Part shown: one piece after another, positions 15,387-22,545 of the stretch
Layout of the letters: each line of letters begins with the position of its first letter
How positions within the stretch are numbered: the first letter of the stretch is position 1
From: Pseudobdellovibrionaceae bacterium
GTDB taxonomy: Bacteria; Bdellovibrionota; Bdellovibrionia; Bdellovibrionales; JAMPXM01
DNA: 24,334 bases
Reading direction: 5' to 3'
NCBI GenBank assembly: GCA_913774795.1
Contig: CAJYIL010000166.1
Span: forward strand, 1 to 24,334
Translations under genes and position numbers: made by a program
Notes under the pieces: generated by a model
Database searches by the model: none
What the model saw: the letters and a program-made list of their open reading frames with translations, nothing else
What the model was told of the DNA's origin: nothing

Positions 15387-17840
15387 ATGGGTAAGCAAAA
15401 GCAGGGTAGCCGCGAAACGCTGAAGTCGCGATCGAAATACATCGATCACTCGCTTCGCTTTTTGGATTGGGTCAACGACCTCGGTTTTGAGCGCACGCGC
15501 GCCGGGCGCATTGCGCAGAGTCTCGATGAGACTTTTCAGGTGCGCAAACTGTCGATCGCGTTTCTTTTCTCGCTCATGCTAGCCGGGCTCATCTACTACG
15601 ATTTCGATTTCTCTTACTCGGCAAGCGTCGGCGAGGTCGCGACACGTGACATCAAATCGCCGGCGAACCTCGAGATGGTCGACGATGTCGCGACAGAAGA
15701 AAAACGCAAACTCGCCGAGCGTGCAACATCGCTCGTCTTCGATTTCGACCGCACAACATTCGAAGAACTCTACGGCGCGGTCTACACCTCGTTCCGGCAA
15801 ATGCGCGAAGAAATGCGCGGCACGACTCTCTCACGCGATGACTTTGTCCGGTTCGATCAAATCAAAAAGCTTTTCGACCTGAAGCCTGATTTCGAGAAAA
15901 CTCTCGGTCATAAAGTGAGTGATCAAGTTTTCGAATGGTTGGTGAACGGAAGATTTAATCCGCGCGTCGAATCGCTCGTGATGCAAACCCTCGATCGCTG
16001 GGCGGATCGCAAAATCGCCGACGGGACCGATAAACTCTTCAGTGAAACCGGCCACAAAGACATCGTCATGCGCGAGCTTTCGCGCGGAGCTCGCGGGGGC
16101 CGCGAGCAAACGGTGTCGAGTCGCGATATTTACGATCGCCAACGCGTCGAAGAATTCCCGATCGTGAAGCCTGCGATCTCCCGCAACTTCACATCGACCG
16201 ATGAGCGACTTTACGAAGAGTTCGTGAGAGGACTCCTCAAGCCCAATGTGACCTTGAACCGCCAAGAGACCGAGACGCGCAAACAAAAAGCTCGCGATGA
16301 AGTTCTGCCGGTGAGCGTTTCGATCAAGAAAAATCAGATCATCGTGAGCCAAGGCTCGACGGTGAAGCCGCTCCAGGTTTCGATCTTAAACGAGATCGAG
16401 AACCAGCGCTCAGGCCGTAAGCGCAACTTCGTCGTGCTCGTCGCGAGCGTGATGTTTGTTGTCATGATGCTCGTGTTCTCATCGTACTTAAGGCGTTTCA
16501 CGCTTAACCGCGTCAGAGTCGACGGAACCGAGATTGTCGTCATGGGTGCGGTCATCTTGACGGTTGTGGCGATCACGAAGTTCTTCATCTTCCTGACGAA
16601 CACCGCGTTCTCTGCTTCCTTCGGAACCATGATCCCCGAATCTGCGTTCTTGTATGCCGCACCGTCGGCGGCAGGCGCGATGCTCGTGGGTCTCTTGATC
16701 ACCGCAGGCGAAATCGTCTGGATTTTCACTTTGTTCGTCGCGGTCGTCTTGGGTCTCATGGTCGACCAAAAATTCTCTTACATGCTCGTGACGATCGTCG
16801 GTTCCCTTGCGGCCGCGCGTGGTGTTCACGGATGCAAAACGAGGAACGATATTTACCGCGCGGGCTTAAGGACGGGGCTCGTCAACGCTCTCATGATCTT
16901 GCTCGCGGTGACGGTTCAGCACTTCGGCGACGAAACGCTTATGCGCGAATTGATGTGGTCGGTCCCGGCGGGCCTCGTCTCAGGCATGCTTAGCTCGTTT
17001 GTTGCGATGATGTTGATTCCGGGCTTGGAATCACTTTTCAACATCACAACAGACGTCAAACTCCTTGAGCTCTCGAACCTGAATCACCCATTGTTAAAAG
17101 AAATGATCGTGCAGGCTCCCGGCACGTATCACCACTCGCTCGTCGTCGGGTCCATGGTAGAAGCCGCAGCCGAGGAGATTGGCGCCAATCCTCTCCTCGC
17201 GAAAGTCATGAGCTACTACCATGACATCGGGAAGACCGAGCACGCGCAGTATTTCATCGAAAACCAGAAGCCGGGCAACAATCCGCACGATCATCTCTCG
17301 CCGCACATGTCGAAGACGATCTTGATTGCGCATGTGAAAGACGGCGTTGAACTCGGAGTCGAACACAAGCTCGGAAAAGCGATCATCGACGGTATCGTTC
17401 AGCACCACGGCACGACGCTCATCGCGTTCTTTTACAACCGCGCCGTCGAGCAGTGTGATGAAGATCACCACGAAGTCGCGGAAGCCGACTTCCGTTATCC
17501 GGGGCCGAAACCGCAATTCCGTGAAGCGGCTCTCATTATGCTCGCCGATTCGATCGAAGCGGCTTCGCGGTCGCTTGATGAACCGACCCCGGTTCGTCTC
17601 CAGAACATCGTGAAGAACATTATTCAGCGCAAGTTCATGGATGGTCAGCTTGATGATTGCAATCTCACGCTGAAAGATCTCACGTTGATCGAAGAATCAT
17701 TCATCAAGATCCTTCACGGCATCTACCACCAGCGCATCGATTATCCGAAACGCGCCGGTGGCGGCATGGGTGATTCAGCTCCGAAAAGAGCGAATGTCAT
17801 TCCGGGCCCGGGTGCTGCGAGCGCGGGCCCGAAGAGATGA
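15387..17840 (+). CDS. 7TM-HD (HDIG) phosphohydrolase, PgpH-like cyclic-nucleotide phosphodiesterase family
   Basis: N-terminal TM, large extracytoplasmic domain, multi-TM block, then APGTYHHS, YYHDIGK, HVKDG, QHHGT, FRYPGPKP and LADSIEAASRSL. Upstream of ybeY, a conserved pairing. Start placed at ATG 15387 after GAGG. Confidence 0.93.
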   Translation: MGKQKQGSRETLKSRSKYIDHSLRFLDWVNDLGFERTRAGRIAQSLDETFQVRKLSIAFLFSLMLAGLIYYDFDFSYSASVGEVATRDIKSPANLEMVDDVATEEKRKLAERATSLVFDFDRTTFEELYGAVYTSFRQMREEMRGTTLSRDDFVRFDQIKKLFDLKPDFEKTLGHKVSDQVFEWLVNGRFNPRVESLVMQTLDRWADRKIADGTDKLFSETGHKDIVMRELSRGARGGREQTVSSRDIYDRQRVEEFPIVKPAISRNFTSTDERLYEEFVRGLLKPNVTLNRQETETRKQKARDEVLPVSVSIKKNQIIVSQGSTVKPLQVSILNEIENQRSGRKRNFVVLVASVMFVVMMLVFSSYLRRFTLNRVRVDGTEIVVMGAVILTVVAITKFFIFLTNTAFSASFGTMIPESAFLYAAPSAAGAMLVGLLITAGEIVWIFTLFVAVVLGLMVDQKFSYMLVTIVGSLAAARGVHGCKTRNDIYRAGLRTGLVNALMILLAVTVQHFGDETLMRELMWSVPAGLVSGMLSSFVAMMLIPGLESLFNITTDVKLLELSNLNHPLLKEMIVQAPGTYHHSLVVGSMVEAAAEEIGANPLLAKVMSYYHDIGKTEHAQYFIENQKPGNNPHDHLSPHMSKTILIAHVKDGVELGVEHKLGKAIIDGIVQHHGTTLIAFFYNRAVEQCDEDHHEVAEADFRYPGPKPQFREAALIMLADSIEAASRSLDEPTPVRLQNIVKNIIQRKFMDGQLDDCNLTLKDLTLIEESFIKILHGIYHQRIDYPKRAGGGMGDSAPKRANVIPGPGAASAGPKR

Positions 17841-18286
17841 TCGATCTCACGATCGTGAACAGCTCGGGGCTCCGAGTGCCGCAGGCCCATCTCCGCCAAT
17901 GGGTCGAGCAGGTCGAAAAACAAATCACGAAACGTACGAAGCACAAGCTCCACCAGCGCGAGCTCGTGATCGCCTTCGTTACGAAAAAAGAAATCCAGCG
18001 ACTCAATAAAGAATTTCGCGGCAAGAATAAGCCGACCGACGTTTTGAGTTTCGAGAGCGACTCTCTTGGTGAGCTTGCGATTTCTCCCGAAGTCATCGCT
18101 GAACAAGCTCGCGAGCACGGGCTTGCGATCAAACACGAACTTGGCTACATGGTGCTCCACGGAATTTTGCACCTTCTTGGCTACGATCACGAAACAGGTG
18201 AGCGCGGTGCCAAAAAAATGTTTACGCTCCAAGATGCGATCTTCGACGAGCTTTTGAAAAAATCAGCGTCGAAAAAATCGAAATAA
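17837..18286 (+). CDS. ybeY: rRNA maturation RNase YbeY
   Basis: LNKEFRGKNKPTDVLSF and HGILHLLGYDH (HxxxHxxGxDH). ATGA overlap with the HD gene. Confidence 0.97.
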   Translation: MIDLTIVNSSGLRVPQAHLRQWVEQVEKQITKRTKHKLHQRELVIAFVTKKEIQRLNKEFRGKNKPTDVLSFESDSLGELAISPEVIAEQAREHGLAIKHELGYMVLHGILHLLGYDHETGERGAKKMFTLQDAIFDELLKKSASKKSK

Positions 18287-18628
18287 GAAGTAAATCGTTT
18301 CGCCGGCGATGATGGCTGCACCTAGGCCCCACCAGAGCAGATAGAGAGCGAAGACGCCCAACGCGCCCGGTCCGAAATGCGGCGAGAATTGAATGGTTGC
18401 GAGTAACACGAGTGCCAAGCCAACTAGTCCGGCCAGTGCGAAGCGAATCAGAAGACCGAGACTGAGATTCGCGACGGCGTTCAGAATGAAATAAGAGCCG
18501 ACCACTCCGATGAGCGGGATTACCGGCCTCGTCAAAATCCAATCCACTGGATGAGACTCGAGTCCGTCATTCACCTTCGCTGACGCAGCGGCCAAAAGCG
18601 TCAGTACGATCCAAAAGAGTTCGATCAT
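18263..18628 (-). CDS. Hypothetical small integral membrane protein (about 4 hydrophobic segments)
   Basis: 121 aa, strongly hydrophobic, with a basic C-terminus (FRFFRR). Lies 39 nt downstream of the co-oriented HNH gene and overlaps the ybeY 3' end by 24 nt. Confidence 0.72.
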   Translation of the reverse strand: MIELFWIVLTLLAAASAKVNDGLESHPVDWILTRPVIPLIGVVGSYFILNAVANLSLGLLIRFALAGLVGLALVLLATIQFSPHFGPGALGVFALYLLWWGLGAAIIAGETIYFLFRFFRR

Positions 18629-18667
18629 TTCGAAATGCTCTAACGGTGCCGATGAAGTGGCAAGTGA

Positions 18668-19081
18668 TCAGCTCGCGTCGTCGAGTATGAGGCCGGCAAA
18701 GTGAGCTTTGAGTTTTTCAATACGCGTCGCTCGTTTCGGATAACGACCGAATTTCTTCACGAGCCGATCCTGCCATTCGTGATAGGCCTCGTGATCACGC
18801 ACCGTCATCACACAGAGGTTTGAGACTCGATTGTCATCTTTGATACCGTTGATATGATGTACGACTTCGCCAGGCGCGAGCTTTCGTTTCAGGACGCGCT
18901 CGGCGATTTGCCGATGCTCGTAGATCGGGCGTCCGCGTTTGTTGCGGCCGACGACTCGATAACTGCTCGGGGGGCGAGGCGGGCGCCGTCGCCTGTTCGA
19001 CTTTAACAACCGCCGCAAAGTTCGGCACACGAGGATGACGGCCCCGAAGATCAACGCCGTTCCCAAAAGAATGCTGTCCAT
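18668..19081 (-). CDS. HNH endonuclease (HNH_3-type) with an N-terminal transmembrane anchor
   Basis: YEHRQIAE...VHHINGIKDDNRVSNL...HEAYH. Hydrophobic ILLGTALIFGAVILVC is followed by an Arg-rich stretch. Start is ATG 19081 (GAGGA SD) or 19099. Confidence 0.85.
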   Translation of the reverse strand: MDSILLGTALIFGAVILVCRTLRRLLKSNRRRRPPRPPSSYRVVGRNKRGRPIYEHRQIAERVLKRKLAPGEVVHHINGIKDDNRVSNLCVMTVRDHEAYHEWQDRLVKKFGRYPKRATRIEKLKAHFAGLILDDAS

Positions 19082-19225
19082 AAGGTCCTCATCGGGCATG
19101 CCGGATCGCACCTTTACCAAAGTAGGGCTCTGTCTCGCTCAGAGACATCGGCTGAGTCGCCCGAGCGCATCATGACGCTCTCCCGTTGGGCGGTCGCCCA
19201 CCAACCGAATCGCATCAGTCAGCTA

Positions 19226-19255
19226 TTGCAACGAGTCGCCCCGCACTGCTAAAAC
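19226..19255 (+). promoter_or_regulatory. Possible sigma70-type promoter for prfB
   Basis: TTGCAA (19226-19231), 18-nt spacer containing an extended -10 TG, then TAAAAC (19250-19255). The last -10 base is non-consensus. Confidence 0.3.
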
Positions 19256-19281
19256 CGAACTTCCACAAAGGATTTACGTAG

Positions 19282-20428
19282 ATGTCACTCGCGACTGAAT
19301 TGTCTGATGCGAAGGGGCGCTTGAAAGCGCTCGCCGATAAATCCTCCGAACTTCGGGGGTATCTTTGACGTTCCTATGAAGGAGAAACGCCTGCAGGAGT
19401 TAACAATGCAGAGCGAGAACCCTGACTTATGGAACAAGCCTGCCGAGATGCAGAAGCTGAACAAAGAAAAAGCAATCCTCGAAAAAGCGGTTAATTCCTG
19501 GACAGAGCTCAATCGCCGCGTCGAAGACGGGCAGGTTCTTCTCGAGATGGCCGTTGAAGCCAACGACGAAGGCACCTTCCTGGAAGTGAAGGCCGAGCTC
19601 GATGCGCTCGATCAAATCGTCAACGAACTCGAAATCGCGAAGATGCTGTCGGGCGAACTCGACATGAATAACGCCTACATTTCGATGAACGCGGGCGCGG
19701 GCGGCACCGAGGCTCAAGACTGGTGCGAGATGCTGTACCGCATGTACATGCGCTATGCGGATTCCCACGGCTACAAAGTCGAAACGATGGAATACAACGA
19801 AGGCGACGGCGCGGGGATCAAAGGGGCAACGCTTCTGATCTCAGGGCCTTATGCTTACGGGCACTTGAAAGCGGAGTCGGGCGTTCATCGCTTGGTACGC
19901 GTCTCTCCGTACGATTCGAACGCGCGCAGGCACACGAGTTTCTCCTCCGTGTTCACGTGGGCCGAAGTCGATGACGATATTAAGATCGAAATTAACCCGG
20001 CCGACATTACTGTCGAAACGTACCGTTCATCGGGCGCGGGCGGTCAGCACGTCAACAAGACTGACTCGGCTGTTCGAATGCGCCACGCACCGAGCGGAAT
20101 CGTCGTCTCTTGCCAAACGCAGCGTTCGCAGCACGAGAACCGAGCGACCGCACTCAAGATGTTGAAAGCGGCTTTGTACGAGAAAGAAGTCGAAAAGCAG
20201 AATGCGGCCAAAGACGCCGCTAACGCGACCAAGAAAGCCAACGAGTGGGGATCGCAGATCCGCTCGTACGTGATGCATCCTTACCAGATGGTCAAAGATC
20301 ACCGCACCCAGTACGAAACATCGCAGGTGCAGTCGGTCATGGACGGCGACCTCGATGGATTCATCTACGCGATGCTCAAGGGCGGCGTGAAACCACGCTC
20401 GGCATCTGGCAGCCCGGATGATATCTAA
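19282..20428 (+). CDS. prfB: Peptide chain release factor 2, expressed through a programmed +1 frameshift (about 381 aa)
   Basis: ORF1 from ATG 19282 reads MSLATELSDAKGRLKALADKSSELRGYL up to CTT TGA C. The +1 frame continues DVPMKEKRL... and contains SPY (RF2 recognition tripeptide), GAGGQHVNKTDS and WGSQIRSY. AAAGGA SD upstream. Confidence 0.97.
19354..19369 (+). other. RF2 autoregulatory +1 frameshift signal
   Basis: CGGGGG-TAT-CTT-TGA-C: internal SD-like run, 3-nt spacer, slippery CTT and weak UGA-C stop, matching the canonical prfB signal. Confidence 0.95.
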
Positions 20429-21662
20429 GAACGCGAGCTTTCATCTTTGGCTCGTCTACCGATTTCTTTCGGGCGGTCGTCGGCGTCTAAGCGTGCCGAC
20501 GATCATCTCGCTTGTCGGCATGGCGCTCGGAGTGGCGTCACTGACGGTCGCGATGGGTGTTGTCAGCGGTTTTGAAGACACCCTGAAGACCGCGATCGTC
20601 GATGTCTTCGGTGATGTGATGCTCGTCAAGAAAGGCGACAAGCCTCAAGTTGTCGAGGGTATTACGGCTCTCGTAAAAAAGAGCACCCCTGAAGTTCGAA
20701 CCTACACTCCGTTTGCGCATCTTGAAGGGATCATGGCGGGCGGAGGCAAAGTCTCCGGTATCGTCATCGAGGGAGTGGAACCGAAAACGGTTGAGAAGGT
20801 CCTCAATCTTCGTAAACGCATCATTCATGGCGATTTTAAATTCGGACGCGCGGAGGGCGACCTACCTTACGCGATGGTCGGTAAGCAGCTCGCCAAAAAA
20901 TACAATCTGAAGATCGGCGACCCGTTCAAAGGCGTTCTTCCATCGCCGTCACGGAGCGATTCGACCGAGTTTCAGCCGCGTGTGATGACGTTCGTTCTCT
21001 CGGGAATTCTCGATCTCGGCAAAGCCGAGTACGACGACCGTATGGTCGTCACCGATCTCGCGGCGGCTCAAAAGTTTGCAGGCGCAGGCGATTCATTTAC
21101 CGGCATTCGCATCAAACTCGATGATAGCGATAAGGCCAACGCGGTCGCGCGCAAGCTCAGTCTCGATCTTGGTGCGAGCTACTACGTTTCGGATTGGACC
21201 GAGATTAACAAAAATCTCATGAGAGCAGCGGCGATCGAGCGCATCGTGATCTTCATTGTCATCTCGATCATCGTCCTCGTGGCTTCTTTTAATATCGCTT
21301 CTAATCTTTTTGTCAGCGTTCTGAAACGGTACGCCGACATCTCCTCGCTCAGAGCGATGGGTTTTGCATCTCGCGATGTAAAGTCGATTTTCATGTTTCA
21401 AGGTTTGCTCTTCGGCGTGATTGGCACGGCTGTCGGCTTCATCTTGGGCCTTCTTTTGTGCGTGGTGTTCGTAGTTGCGCAAAAGTACTTCGTGATTCTG
21501 CCCCAAGAGACCTACAAGCTCGATCACATCGGAATTAGTTTGCGTGCGATCGACATGCTGGCGATTTTCGGTGTCTCGGTTTTCATCTGTTTAATTTCAA
21601 GCTTCGTGCCTGCGCGCAAAGGGGCTTCACTCGATCCGGTGCAAGGACTGCGTTATGAATAG
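20418..21662 (+). CDS. lolE: Lipoprotein-releasing ABC transporter permease (LolC/E family)
   Basis: ISLVGMALGVASLTVAMGVVSGF, a periplasmic MacB-like domain, VASFNIASNL, LRAMG and [17 protein letters not shown]. Upstream of lolD and bamA. Confidence 0.92.
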   Translation: MISKNASFHLWLVYRFLSGGRRRLSVPTIISLVGMALGVASLTVAMGVVSGFEDTLKTAIVDVFGDVMLVKKGDKPQVVEGITALVKKSTPEVRTYTPFAHLEGIMAGGGKVSGIVIEGVEPKTVEKVLNLRKRIIHGDFKFGRAEGDLPYAMVGKQLAKKYNLKIGDPFKGVLPSPSRSDSTEFQPRVMTFVLSGILDLGKAEYDDRMVVTDLAAAQKFAGAGDSFTGIRIKLDDSDKANAVARKLSLDLGASYYVSDWTEINKNLMRAAAIERIVIFIVISIIVLVASFNIASNLFVSVLKRYADISSLRAMGFASRDVKSIFMFQGLLFGVIGTAVGFILGLLLCVVFVVAQKYFVILPQETYKLDHIGISLRAIDMLAIFGVSVFICLISSFVPARKGASLDPVQGLRYE

Positions 21663-22332
21663 CACGTTGATCTCCGTTCGCGGAGCCACCAAAGCATACC
21701 CGATGGGCGCCAGTCGCCTCGAAGTTCTTCGCGGCATCGATGTCGATATCACGGCGGGCGAAGCGGTTTGCATCGTAGGCTCGAGCGGCGCTGGAAAATC
21801 CACTTTGCTTCACGTCATGGGAACGCTCGATAAGCCGACGCTGGGAAAAGTGTTTTTCAAAGGCGTCGATCTCACGCGCGAATCGGATGAGAAGCTCGCG
21901 GAGTTTCGCAATCGCTCGATGGGTTTTGTTTTCCAGTTCCACCATCTGATGGCGGAGTTCACGGCTCTCGAAAACGCGATGATGCCTTGCCGGATCGGCG
22001 GCCTCTCGCTCGCTGAATCGAAAGAAAAAGCGGCGCGACTGCTTGAGCTCATGGGGCTTTCGGCGCGAGCCGCGCACTATCCATCGGAGCTCTCGGGCGG
22101 TGAACAACAGCGTGTTGCCATCGCGCGTGCGCTGGTGCGCGATCCTGAAGTTTTGTTCGCCGACGAGCCGACGGGAAATCTCGATACGGTAAATGCCGCG
22201 AAGATCCAGGACCTGTTTTTTGAACTCAAAGAGAAGCTCAATCTCACGCTTGTTGTCGTCACTCATGACTTGGGCTTCGCGCAAAAGTTCCCGAAGGTTT
22301 TGCGCATGCGCGACGGCCTCTGGGCGACGTAA
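21655..22332 (+). CDS. lolD: Lipoprotein-releasing ABC transporter ATPase LolD
   Basis: Walker [44 protein letters not shown] and H-loop VTHD. Confidence 0.95.
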   Translation: MNSTLISVRGATKAYPMGASRLEVLRGIDVDITAGEAVCIVGSSGAGKSTLLHVMGTLDKPTLGKVFFKGVDLTRESDEKLAEFRNRSMGFVFQFHHLMAEFTALENAMMPCRIGGLSLAESKEKAARLLELMGLSARAAHYPSELSGGEQQRVAIARALVRDPEVLFADEPTGNLDTVNAAKIQDLFFELKEKLNLTLVVVTHDLGFAQKFPKVLRMRDGLWAT

Positions 22333-22442
22333 ATCTCCATACCGTCTCCACATCCGCTTGATGTCTAAGCAGTCGAATGAGTTGTGACGTCGCGAAAGCG
22401 GCCGTAGCTCTGCATTTTCGGTTGCGACGAAGGTCCTGAACT

Positions 22443-22471
22443 TTGACATCACTTGGGTTTTGTCATACGCT
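22443..22471 (+). promoter_or_regulatory. Sigma70-type promoter upstream of bamA
   Basis: Perfect TTGACA (22443-22448), 17-nt spacer, TACGCT (22466-22471; TAnnnT). Confidence 0.65.
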
Positions 22472-22545
22472 CTCGCCGTTAATACCTTAAATGATGAAAA
22501 CGACTCAGGTTTTTTGGCAAAATCTGGCGCTGTAGGAACGGTATT

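Noticed and set aside
18263-19120. HNH pair as a mobile element or prophage remnant
   Set aside because: No integrase, transposase, terminal repeats, target duplication or obvious compositional shift is visible.
19282-19368. Apparent premature stop or frameshifted pseudogene at the start of prfB
   Set aside because: It matches the canonical programmed frameshift signal, so the gene is intact.
22438-22467. GAACTT...GTCATA resembling a sigmaE promoter upstream of bamA
   Set aside because: The spacer is 18 nt versus about 16 for sigmaE, and the same bases fit TTGACA-N17-TACGCT better.
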